From positions 3,520,001-3,584,000 of the forward strand of contig OZ242358.1 in assembly GCA_965208835.1 (NCBI GenBank): 64,000 nt of DNA, given 5' to 3'. Source of the stretch: Candidatus Latescibacterota bacterium. GTDB taxonomy: Bacteria; Latescibacterota; UBA2968; GCA-2709665. The position numbers and the translations under genes are program-made. The notes under the pieces were generated by a model. That model was not told where the DNA came from. It was given only the letters and a program-made list of their open reading frames with translations, and did not search any database. Positions 1 to 8,889 of this stretch are shown here, one piece after another. Within the stretch, counting starts at the first letter, position 1, and each line of letters begins with the position of its first letter.

Positions 1-444
1 ACACGTACCACAGTTCGGGCTACGGTTCGGCGACGTGTCTTCCGTTTCAATTTCTCGGTATATCAACCTAATCGAGGGAATCTCGGTCCCGGTGCGGTAG
101 TGCAGGTGGGTCAGGTCTGCATCAGTGACTGGAGCCGCTCCCATCGGGCGGATGCGCGGCAGGAACGCGAAAGCATTGACGTCGCGTCATTCTCTCTTTC
201 TTCCCGCGTTCAGAAAGGAGGTGGTATCGGAATCCAAATCGCGAAGCGTCGGACCGCGGTATGTGTACGTGATAAGCTATGGCTCGGGGCAAGTGCTGAG
301 GTGAAACGTCTCTCTGCTTGAACGGACGAGCAGTGTACTCCAGTTCTCTCAGCAACCCCATCACTCGCTCCAGGTCATTGCAAGAGTTACATCAGTTACT
401 GTCTCGTCATGCGTTTTACTAATGCGTTGAGGGAGGGCATTCAG

Positions 445-960
445 ATGAAAAAGCTGACGATTTTGAGTCTAATTGTCGTTTCGACGGCCGCCTTGCTTGT
501 ACAGAACGGCCACGCACAGGACTACAATCGCTGGAGCTTGCCCGAGGGCGCCATTATGCGCCTGGGCAAAGGATACGTGTGGGACGTGGCCTGGTCGCCG
601 GACCGCACGCGCCTGGCCGTCGGGGGTACTGCCGGCATCTGGATCTACGATGCCAGCTCCGGAGAAGAGATTTCCCTGATCACAGGACATTCATTCAGGG
701 CCAATACGGTTGCGTTTTCGCCCGACGGTCTGACGCTGGCAAGTGGCAGCAGGGACGATACGGTGCGGTTGTGGGACGTGTCCACCGGAGAGGAAAAAAG
801 CATCCTCACGGGGCACAGGTACGACGTCGAGGCGGTGGCATTCTCGCACGATGGGGCGACGGTGGCAAGCGGGAGTCGCGACGGCACGGTGCGGCTGTGG
901 GACGTGACCACAGGGCAGGAAAGAGGCACCCTCGTCAATGAAAGTACCGGGGCAAGTTGA
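445..960 (+). CDS. Secreted WD40-repeat protein, N-terminal part (frameshifted)
   Basis: ATG at 445 after GAGGGAGGG; signal peptide MKKLTILSLIVV...GHA/QD; WSLPEGAIMRLGKG motif; WD40 repeats (TGH...VAFSPDG..LASGSRD.TVRLWD); frame ends at TGA 958-960 in mid-propeller. Confidence 0.85.
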   Translation: MKKLTILSLIVVSTAALLVQNGHAQDYNRWSLPEGAIMRLGKGYVWDVAWSPDRTRLAVGGTAGIWIYDASSGEEISLITGHSFRANTVAFSPDGLTLASGSRDDTVRLWDVSTGEEKSILTGHRYDVEAVAFSHDGATVASGSRDGTVRLWDVTTGQERGTLVNESTGAS

Positions 961-1910
961 ATAACCCCTGGGTCGTGTCGGTGGCTTTTTCGCCCGATGG
1001 TGCCACTCTGGCCAGCGCCAGCCGGGACAGTACCGTACGGGTGTGGGACGTGGCCACAGGGCAGGAAGAACACACGCTCACAGCACATACCCATGAGGTC
1101 CGGTCGGTGGCTTTTTCGCCGGACGGAGTGACGCTGGCAAGCGCCAGTTACGACCATACGGTGAGGTTGTGGGACGCGGAAACGGGACAGGAGAAGTTCA
1201 CCCTGGACGGGCATACCCATCGGGTGTATTCGGTGGCTTTTTCGCCCGACGGTCTGACGCTGGCAAGTGCCGGTCGGGACAGTACCGTACGGGTGTGGGA
1301 CGCGGTCACAGGGCAGGAGATGGGTACCATCACAGGACATACTTCCAGCGTCCGATCGGTGGTGTATTCGCAGGATGGGATGACGCTGGCAAGCCGGAGT
1401 TTCGACAGTTCGGTGCGGGCGTGGTTGGTGCGGGTATGGGAACTTGATACGGGGCAGGAGAAAAGCAGCCTCAGCCTCACAGGGCATACGTGGTCTGCCA
1501 ATTCGGTGGTGTACTCGCCGGATGGGACATTGCTGGCAAGCGGCAGTAGCGATCGTACGGTGCGGTTGTGGGACGTGTCCTCAGGGCAGAATATACGCGC
1601 CCTCACAGGACATACCGATCCAATCTTATCCGTAGTGTTCTCGCCGGATGGAAAAACGCTGGCAAGCGCCAGTTACGACTGTACGATTCTGCTGTGGGAT
1701 GTCTCTTCACGTGCCACGCTGCAACCCCTTTCCGCCGATTTCGACGGCGACGGAGCCGTGGGCTTTTCCGACTTTCTGCAATTCGCCGCAAATTACGGGT
1801 TGAGCTGGGGAGACGCGGGATATGACGCGCGATTCGATCTGGACGGCGACGGCGAGGTCGGTTCCGCCGATTTGTGGATCTTCCGGAAAAGCTACGGCCG
1901 GGGTAGCTGA
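957..1910 (+). CDS. WD40-repeat protein, C-terminal part with EF-hand/dockerin-like tail (continues 445-960 in another frame)
   Basis: About six more WD40 repeats, then ADFDGDGAVGFSDFLQFAANYG...DLDGDGEVGSADL. Confidence 0.85.
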   Translation: MNNPWVVSVAFSPDGATLASASRDSTVRVWDVATGQEEHTLTAHTHEVRSVAFSPDGVTLASASYDHTVRLWDAETGQEKFTLDGHTHRVYSVAFSPDGLTLASAGRDSTVRVWDAVTGQEMGTITGHTSSVRSVVYSQDGMTLASRSFDSSVRAWLVRVWELDTGQEKSSLSLTGHTWSANSVVYSPDGTLLASGSSDRTVRLWDVSSGQNIRALTGHTDPILSVVFSPDGKTLASASYDCTILLWDVSSRATLQPLSADFDGDGAVGFSDFLQFAANYGLSWGDAGYDARFDLDGDGEVGSADLWIFRKSYGRGS

Positions 1911-2191
1911 AGCGCCGGGACCGGGTCGGGACGATACCGCTCCAGGTCTGCATGATTGACAGGAACACCATGCCCTCGAGCGGGTTGCCGGCTTGCGAGC
2001 TGAAGTCTGGGTGAACGCTTTTATCGACATCGCATCAATCTCGCGGTTCTTACGCGTTCTGAAGAGACGTGTACGTGGAATCCAAGCCGCCAGATGTTTC
2101 GCCGCTGTACGTTTATTCGCAGACGACGATCGGCTGCAATACCGGTTGTCGCCGATCACCAAATTGATCACGTTCGGAAAGGGGTTAGAAA

Positions 2192-3370
2192 ATGGATCGG
2201 GACGACCTCAAAGGAAGAATGGAAGCACTGGAAGAAAGGCTGCGCTGGCAGAAGCGGGCAATTGCCGGTTTGATCGTTGTATTCCTTTTCAGCGCGTCGC
2301 CCGCGTTGACCCGGGCATCGAAATGGTTCGACCGAATCCTCCCGGCAAAGCTGACCTCGTTAAGCCTTCAACACGTCACGGAACGGGGCGAAGTGCGGTT
2401 TGACGATCTTTCGCCCATCGGGGTGGAACTCCCGTTGCCTGAGACCGGGTATGTTGAACTGAGCAAGATCGCTCCGGAGCAGACCGTCAATGCCGTCGAT
2501 ACGCTGCGAGTGGGTGCGGTTCACATCATAAACGCAAACGGAGCGCTCGTCGCGGCAATCGGGTCGAGTCAGTCCGGAAACGGTGTGCTCGAGGTGAGGA
2601 ACAGCAGCGGTGACGTTGTATCGGTTGTGGGCGTGGATCCAAGAGGACATGGCACCATGGGGGTCCTCAATTCGGCCGGTCGCGTCACCGCCGCCATGGG
2701 CGCCGATCGGTCTGAACAGGCCAACGGAGTTGTCGACGTCAAGAGCGCAAAGGGTTCGGCGGCCGCACTCGCCTTTGATGATGCCGGGGATGGTGCGATC
2801 GGTGTGTTCAACATGGACAAAAGGCTGGTTTCCGGATTCGGCATTGACAACAATGGTCACGGCGCCCTACGCATCGTAAATGCAACGGGCGGAGTCGTTG
2901 CCGCGATAGGTGCGGATAAGTCGGACGCCGCCAATGGATGGATGGATGTCAGAAACAAATCCGGACCGGCGGCGGGATTCTCCGTCGACGCGGACGGAGA
3001 CGGCCTGGTCATCGCGGGCAACCGAAACAACGATGAGGTTTCGATAATGGGCGCGAATGAGAACGGGCATGGTATCGTAGGATTCAAGAATGCGTCCGGG
3101 CGGGTTGTGGTCGGCATAGGTGCCGATTCGACCGGCGCCGGGGTGTTGAATGTCGAAGGCGGACGGTTCCGGGCCTTTCTCGATGCGGACGGCAACGGAG
3201 TCGCGAAAACGCTTGGGCAGCATGGGAATCTTCTCTGGTCTTCTGAAGCGTCTCCCGACGGTGGAGGCGGCACGTCTACCGGTCTGATCGGGGACTTCGA
3301 CGGCAACGGCAAGGTCGATTTCGCGGATTTCTTGACATTCGCGGCGAATTTCGGCAAGACCAGCGGATAA
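2192..3370 (+). CDS. Membrane-anchored Gly/Asn-rich beta-repeat protein with C-terminal EF-hand/dockerin-like motif
   Basis: N-terminal coiled coil (RMEALEERLR), hydrophobic helix, repeated GHG/GDG/ANG-x-hydrophobic-N units, ends DFDGNGKVDFADFLTFAANFG; GGGG RBS upstream. Confidence 0.8.
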   Translation: MDRDDLKGRMEALEERLRWQKRAIAGLIVVFLFSASPALTRASKWFDRILPAKLTSLSLQHVTERGEVRFDDLSPIGVELPLPETGYVELSKIAPEQTVNAVDTLRVGAVHIINANGALVAAIGSSQSGNGVLEVRNSSGDVVSVVGVDPRGHGTMGVLNSAGRVTAAMGADRSEQANGVVDVKSAKGSAAALAFDDAGDGAIGVFNMDKRLVSGFGIDNNGHGALRIVNATGGVVAAIGADKSDAANGWMDVRNKSGPAAGFSVDADGDGLVIAGNRNNDEVSIMGANENGHGIVGFKNASGRVVVGIGADSTGAGVLNVEGGRFRAFLDADGNGVAKTLGQHGNLLWSSEASPDGGGGTSTGLIGDFDGNGKVDFADFLTFAANFGKTSG

Positions 3371-3551
3371 CGTAACGTACGTATCGACCCTTCGAGACGA
3401 GAAATCGGAACGAAAGCGTTTGCAGCCGACTCACGATAAGTGGTTTTACTTCTTGCATTTTACGTGTAGACACAGCGAAATGGGGGTGGAGACGAACTCA
3501 AAGCCGAGCCAGTCGCGCAGCAAACGGGCGGCTGGACCCCGAGTCTGCGCT

Positions 3552-4142
3552 TCAGGAAGGGGCGGTTGGCTGACAGGTGGGGCTGACGGCCTGCCATTGG
3601 CGCAGAACCTCAAAGACGAGGACGGCGCTGGCCGCGGCGACGTTGAGGCTGTTTTTGTAGCCGTACATGGGAATCTCAACCAGCTCGTCGCAGCACTCCA
3701 GTGCGTTGCGACTCACGCCGAGGGCCTCATTACCCACGATGAGGGCCAAGGGGCACGGATAGTTCAGCTCGGTGTAGCAGCGACTTTGCGATGTCGTCTC
3801 CAGCGCCCAAACCTGCACTTGGCGAACGCGCAAGTGCTCAATGGCTTCTAGCGTGGTGGCGAAGTGGCGGGTCTCGATGTACGGGAGGGTACCCAACGCC
3901 GTCTTGTCGAGCTTGGGATGGGGAGGATGAGCCGTGTAGCCACAGGTGTAGATACCCTGCAAGCGACCCGCGTCGGCCGTGCGGAAGATCGCGCCGACGT
4001 TGAAGGCGCTGCGCAAATTGTCGAGTACCAAATAGAGTGGGTGCTTGGGCAGGCGGATGAATTCGTCGACGGGCATCTCCGCGTCGAACGTGCGGACCTC
4101 AAAGCTGGTCTCCTTGCCGTAGTTGCCCGGCCGCAATTTCAC
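3552..4142 (-). CDS. TrmH/SpoU-family RNA methyltransferase
   Basis: LDNLRSAFNVGAIFRT, GNEALGVS and IPMYGYKNSLNV SPOUT motifs. Confidence 0.92.
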   Translation of the reverse strand: MKLRPGNYGKETSFEVRTFDAEMPVDEFIRLPKHPLYLVLDNLRSAFNVGAIFRTADAGRLQGIYTCGYTAHPPHPKLDKTALGTLPYIETRHFATTLEAIEHLRVRQVQVWALETTSQSRCYTELNYPCPLALIVGNEALGVSRNALECCDELVEIPMYGYKNSLNVAAASAVLVFEVLRQWQAVSPTCQPTAPS

Positions 4143-5176
4143 CCGACTTCCTCCGGGGCTACGGGCCGCTGCTCGGCGGCAGAGAGCCGTGCGGCCTCAA
4201 TAGCGACCATGGTCTGCCGCACGCTCTCGGCGGTAACGGCCAGTTCGGCGCGGCCGGCGAGCGCGTCGGCGATGTTTTCGTAGTAGGAGCGCCAGCGACC
4301 GGGTGCCGTCTTAATGATGGTTTCCTCGGCTGACCTATAGAGGCGGGCGTAGTGCTCGGGTGCCTCTTCAGCCGCGTCGATGTCGCCGGCGATCATGGCC
4401 TTTTCCTGCGGGTCAACGCCCTCTTTGACCAGTGCGCCTTCAGTGCCCAGCGCGTACCAGCGCGGCTTGGACTTGCTCGCCAGCGACGAGGTCTCCACGC
4501 GCGCTTCGACGCCGTTGGCAAAGTGGAGCACGGCCAGCGCGTGGGACTCGACGTCAATGTTGAGTGGGTCGCCAGAGTGGAAGGTGGCGTACACCTTTGC
4601 GAGCGGCGCGACGATGAGCTGGAGGGCTTGATCGACCAGGTGTGCGCCTAAATCGAAGAATTTGCCGCCGCCGTGATGTGCGATGCTACGCCAGCCTCGC
4701 GGAGGCCCGTTTTGGCCCCAAAACATCTCCAGCAAAAAGAGATCGCCGAGCAGCCCTTGCCCCAGCGCGTCTTTAACGGCGAGAAAATCGCCGTCCCAGC
4801 GGCGATTCTGAAAGACGCTGAGCAAGCGGCCGTGCGCTTGGCTGGCGGCGATCATCTGGTCGGCCTCAGCCATGCTCAGGCACATGGGCTTGTCGGTGAC
4901 AACGTGTTTGCCCGCTGCCAGCGCTTGGATCGCGTGCGGGGCGTGGAGGTCATTTGGCGTGGCGAGGACGACTAAATCAACGGCTGAATCGGCCAACACC
5001 TCATCGAAGTGGCGGAAGGTCTTTACGCCCAAGTCGCGCTGAATTTCGTCGCGGGCCTCTGGCCGGCTTGTGGCGATGCCGTAGAGGTTCAGGCCGCCGG
5101 CCAGTCCCACTAAATAGGCGTGGAAGCAGCGGCCGGCAAAGCCATAGCCGATGACGACGACATTGGGTTTTTCCAT
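4139..5176 (-). CDS. Gfo/Idh/MocA oxidoreductase (scyllo-inositol dehydrogenase/YhhX-like)
   Basis: GYGFAG Rossmann motif, ATPNDLH, GKHVVTDKPM, FQNRRWDGDF, DLGAHLVDQ; start placed at ATG 5176. Confidence 0.9.
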   Translation of the reverse strand: MEKPNVVVIGYGFAGRCFHAYLVGLAGGLNLYGIATSRPEARDEIQRDLGVKTFRHFDEVLADSAVDLVVLATPNDLHAPHAIQALAAGKHVVTDKPMCLSMAEADQMIAASQAHGRLLSVFQNRRWDGDFLAVKDALGQGLLGDLFLLEMFWGQNGPPRGWRSIAHHGGGKFFDLGAHLVDQALQLIVAPLAKVYATFHSGDPLNIDVESHALAVLHFANGVEARVETSSLASKSKPRWYALGTEGALVKEGVDPQEKAMIAGDIDAAEEAPEHYARLYRSAEETIIKTAPGRWRSYYENIADALAGRAELAVTAESVRQTMVAIEAARLSAAEQRPVAPEEVG

Positions 5177-5280
5177 GACTCTACCTGTGAAACGGGCGTT
5201 TTGCGGCCGACAAATGGGCACTCATATTAAGAGAATTCAATGGTTTGGGCAAGTTTCAGGGGGAGCACAATGTAGCAGAT

Positions 5281-6054
5281 TCAAACCGGATGTTTGCTCC
5301 GATGAAATGCAACGAGGAAGTCGGATACGTCGCTTACGGCTAACTCCAGCATGGCCCGCCCGTCCTCGACGGTGGCATCCGCCGGGTTATCCGTGTAGCC
5401 GACGCCCGCCTGCCACTCGCCGTGGACCTGAACCACCGCGCCCGAAAGGCCCACGTCCAGACCGGCGTCGTCATGGACCTGACCGCTCATCGCGTCCAAT
5501 GCCTCCCCGTTCACCAGGTCCGGCCGTATCGCCATCATCAACGCCGCCTCGAATCGCCCGGCGTGGCCGGGGATGACCGACGACGGCATGACACTGGTGA
5601 GCGCCTCCCGCGCGATCGTCCAGTAATCGCCTGTCGCCACGGCCGCCGGATTGCCCAGCCGGTTCACGAAGTCCTGTCCCACGAGTCCGTTCGGGTTGCA
5701 ATTTCCCCCGTGGCCGTTCAACACCACGAGCCGCCTGAAGCCGCTTCGCGAAAGGCCCTCGAGAACATCCGTCACTGCGCCGACGTACGTGGTGGTCCTG
5801 AATGACAGCACACCCGGAAACGGATAGTGATGATGGGAGTTGCCGAATTGCAGCGTGGGAGCCACCACGATCGGGACCTGCTCATTTGCGCGCGCCGCCG
5901 CCCGGCGCGCGACCGTCCCGCAAAGAACGGCGTCCGTACACACCGGCAGGTGCGGTCCGTGCTGCTCGATAGCCGCCGTGGGCAGGACTGCCGTGGCCGT
6001 GGGCGCGATCGCCCGGATCTCTTCCCGGGTCATCTCTTCGAATAGAATGGACAC
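5281..6054 (-). CDS. Creatininase family amidohydrolase
   Basis: IEQHGPHLPVCTD, NGHGGN and GHAGRFE metal-binding motifs. Confidence 0.93.
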   Translation of the reverse strand: MSILFEEMTREEIRAIAPTATAVLPTAAIEQHGPHLPVCTDAVLCGTVARRAAARANEQVPIVVAPTLQFGNSHHHYPFPGVLSFRTTTYVGAVTDVLEGLSRSGFRRLVVLNGHGGNCNPNGLVGQDFVNRLGNPAAVATGDYWTIAREALTSVMPSSVIPGHAGRFEAALMMAIRPDLVNGEALDAMSGQVHDDAGLDVGLSGAVVQVHGEWQAGVGYTDNPADATVEDGRAMLELAVSDVSDFLVAFHRSKHPV

Positions 6055-6120
6055 GAACTGTCCTCCTGATTTTGCTGTTGCTGTTGTGATTCGGCTGCGA
6101 TACTTCCTCGCGAGCCGATG

Positions 6121-6223
6121 CCCTGAACCCGCTGACCCTGAACCGTTCCCTGAGCTTGTCGAAGGGCCGGTGAAGGGTCGAAACGCGGACGAAGCGCGGG
6201 CATTTCGACAAGCTCAATGAACG
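6121..6223. repeat. REP-like palindromic element (CCCTGAGCTTGTCGAAGGG type) with nested half-sites
   Basis: cgttccctgagcttgtcgaa (6144-6163) is inverted at ttcgacaagctcaatgaacg (6204-6223), 18/20 match; extra ccctgaacc copies at 6121 and 6136. Confidence 0.7.
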
Positions 6224-6317
6224 CGCTTCGTCGAGCTTGGCAAGAGAAATTCGTTTCAGAAACCTATTCGGGCTTCTCTGGTGAGGACCCAATCCACGTG
6301 ACTCCGACGCGTAGCGC

Positions 6318-7790
6318 CTAAATCTCTTCGAACGGATACAACGGCCGCCTTCGATGGTGGAACTCGAATTTGCGCATATCCGCCGCCGTCGCGCCGGGCG
6401 TATCCACGCGTATCAGACGCGTGCACACGGGCGCGTACGCGGCCACGGGCGAGTGTACCCCCTTGGCGACAATAACGTCGAACGTGTCCGGACGCAGGTC
6501 GCAACTGGTCATCACGCCCAGACTCACCGGAACGACCCGCCGCGAGGTCAGGCTGATGGTCAAGCCGTTGTCCGTATCCACCACCGCCGTTTGACCCATG
6601 TCGAACGCCGTCCGGCCGCCGTGGCGAATCTCGGACTCGCGGAACCGGCCGCCGTAAACGCCGCGGACCGTGACGGGTACCTCCAGTGGCGGGCCGTGCA
6701 ATTCGTCAGTCTTACCGCCCACCCGGAGCGTCACCCGGTTGCCCACGCCCGCCCCGGCCGCTTTGGAAACGGCTTCCCTGTCGTACAGGCACACGAATGC
6801 CCTGATATTCCCGCGCCCGTGCAGTTCATGCGCAAGCATCGTCCCGTCGCCCGCGGAACCGCCGCCCACGTTGTCGCCCATATCCAGCAGGCAGACGGGG
6901 CCGCCCGTATCCACCGCCATGTCGACCGCTTCCCGGATGCCGATGAACTCTCCCTTGAAGTCATCGCGAAAAGCGTGGAGATGATCAGCGAGTTCTCCGG
7001 CCACGGACTCCGCGAGGCGTGAATCTCCGTCCGTCACGGCAATCATCGCCGCGCCCATTTCGGGCACGTCGGAGTACGGGAATCCCAACACGATGCTATT
7101 GGACAAGACGTCCGGCCGGTCCAGCAGGCGATCGGCAAGATCGTACATCGGCCGGCACGGAGCGGAGCCCGTCAACTGTCGTTCAATATTGATGGCGATT
7201 GGCGGAAACGCTGCCGCCTGCGTGGGTCTGATCTCGCTCCGAAGGGTCCGCGCCATCAATCGCGCAGCCTGCAGGCCCACCTCTTTCTGGTCCAGATGCG
7301 GGTTGCTGCGATAGGCAATCGTTGCGTCGCAGGCCGCAATCATCCTCTCCGACAGATTCGCGTGAGGATCTATTGTGCAGATGATCGGCGTACCTGTGCC
7401 GACAATGCGGCGGAGCCTGGACAACCAGTAACCGTCGAGGTCCCAGTAGGCCTCCCCCTCACCTACGTTCGCCCCATGGGGCGCTACCAGCCAGCCATCC
7501 AGTTCTCCAGCGCGGTCGACCTGTTCGAACATCATCTGCATCAACGCGTTGCAGGTGTCCTTCGTAATCCGGCCGGAAGGCTCTGTACTCGCATAGAACA
7601 GTGGCACCGCTTCGATGCCCGACTCTGCCAGACCCGCGAAAAAACCGCTCACCTCGTTAAGCCCGTCTTCAAATACGTCCGCCACTTCATTTCCAATGAG
7701 AATCCGGCTCGACCGGAACATCTCCAGTGTGGTGGGCGTACCGATGAACGTATTGGACTCGTGAACCAAAGAGAGTATGCCAACGCGCAT
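6318..7790 (-). CDS. M81-family metallopeptidase (MlrC-like)
   Basis: HESNTF, HGA, DPHANL, YRSNPHLD, GFPYSD, DMGDNVGGG and VAKGVH motifs; start at ATG 7790 (the longer ORF start lies inside a MITE). Confidence 0.92.
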   Translation of the reverse strand: MRVGILSLVHESNTFIGTPTTLEMFRSSRILIGNEVADVFEDGLNEVSGFFAGLAESGIEAVPLFYASTEPSGRITKDTCNALMQMMFEQVDRAGELDGWLVAPHGANVGEGEAYWDLDGYWLSRLRRIVGTGTPIICTIDPHANLSERMIAACDATIAYRSNPHLDQKEVGLQAARLMARTLRSEIRPTQAAAFPPIAINIERQLTGSAPCRPMYDLADRLLDRPDVLSNSIVLGFPYSDVPEMGAAMIAVTDGDSRLAESVAGELADHLHAFRDDFKGEFIGIREAVDMAVDTGGPVCLLDMGDNVGGGSAGDGTMLAHELHGRGNIRAFVCLYDREAVSKAAGAGVGNRVTLRVGGKTDELHGPPLEVPVTVRGVYGGRFRESEIRHGGRTAFDMGQTAVVDTDNGLTISLTSRRVVPVSLGVMTSCDLRPDTFDVIVAKGVHSPVAAYAPVCTRLIRVDTPGATAADMRKFEFHHRRRPLYPFEEI

Positions 7791-7841
7791 ATCAGAATAT
7801 CCAGATCCAGCCAGTTGGATGTGGGCGAAATGGCGCCTTAG

Positions 7842-7987
7842 CAGCCCGTTGAAAAAGCCCATCCGGTCTGCGGCCGCCCCTTGCGGTCGAAATACTGCGT
7901 TGCGCTCCCTCGCCGACTCGCAGGATGGGACTCGGTCGCGCGCCTTGTCTTCGGACTTGCCTGCAGAGCGACTTTATCAACGGACTG
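7842..7987 (+). mobile_element. MITE family A, copy 1 (146 bp; IS5/IS1182-like ends)
   Basis: Terminal inverted repeats cagcccgttgaaaaag / ctttatcaacggactg; TTAG on both flanks (7838-7841, 7988-7991). Confidence 0.85.
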
Positions 7988-8194
7988 TTAGATGAACGCC
8001 GACTTTCAATATAGAATCCGACTTTCCTTAAATCAAATGGTTCTTCGTCCGTTTCCGACACACGAGGGAGTCGTTTATGCAATCTGTGCTAACCCGGTGA
8101 TTCAGGTCCGCTTATGCATCTGACCGCAAGATAACTTTATAAACCAGTTTATAGTATCGAAGGCATTTGAACAAAAATAACTAATGGATTCGTC

Positions 8195-8223
8195 TTGCCA
8201 TTGCAACGTAAATACTTTATATT
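8195..8223 (+). promoter_or_regulatory. Putative sigma70 promoter of the CBS-korA-korB operon
   Basis: TTGCCA (8195-8200), 17-bp spacer, TATATT (8218-8223), in an AT-rich region. Confidence 0.6.
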
Positions 8224-8364
8224 GGAACCAGATACGATAAGTCCGGCTTATTGTTAAGGGTCGGTTTCGGAAACCATAACTGAGCGGACGCGCCGTGTCG
8301 CGCTTACCTTACGCTATCCGCTCAGACACGCGGCTGCCGGAGCGCATCGATTCCGGAGGGGCTG

Positions 8365-8832
8365 ATGGACCTAAAAGAAAGTATTCACACCGCACCGATC
8401 ACCCAGGTCGACCTGTCGTATTACGTCGAGACGGAACACGGCACGCGAGCGGGCGATGTCATCGAGAAGATGAAGGCGAGCCACAGGAAGTGCGCGCTAG
8501 TCATGAGACACGGCCGGCTGATCGGCATCTTCACCGAACGCGATATCATGAAGAAAGTGGCGGGCAATCCGGAAAGCGGCAACGCGCCGATCGACGACCT
8601 GATGACGCCCGGTCCTGAGACAATCGACGCGGACATGAATATCCTGGACGCAACCCGGGTGATCGCCTCGAACCGTTACCGGTACATGCCGGTGACGAAC
8701 AAAGAGGGCAAGGTCCTGGGTACACTGACGTATTATGCCATCATTAAATACATCTGCGACTATTTTCCACAGGAAATCTACAACCAGCCGCCCGTGCCGG
8801 ACGTGTTTGCAAAAGCCCGCGCCGGCGCTTAG
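8365..8832 (+). CDS. Stand-alone CBS-pair (Bateman module) protein
   Basis: LIGIFTERDI, DLMTPGPETI, YRYMPVTN..GKVLG; GGAGG RBS. Confidence 0.92.
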   Translation: MDLKESIHTAPITQVDLSYYVETEHGTRAGDVIEKMKASHRKCALVMRHGRLIGIFTERDIMKKVAGNPESGNAPIDDLMTPGPETIDADMNILDATRVIASNRYRYMPVTNKEGKVLGTLTYYAIIKYICDYFPQEIYNQPPVPDVFAKARAGA

Positions 8833-8889
8833 CGCGGCTGGACTCCGTAATCGGATGTGCAGCCCCAGGAAAACAGGAGGTCGATACAG

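Noticed and set aside
1-400. Short ORFs at the window start
   Set aside because: No recognisable motifs or RBS; cannot be assigned without upstream sequence
958-960. TGA in the WD40 gene as a selenocysteine codon
   Set aside because: The WD40 continuation is in a different frame, so this is a frameshift and not read-through
700-1700. Periodic repeats as a CRISPR array
   Set aside because: 126-nt coding WD40 units with no unique spacers and no cas genes
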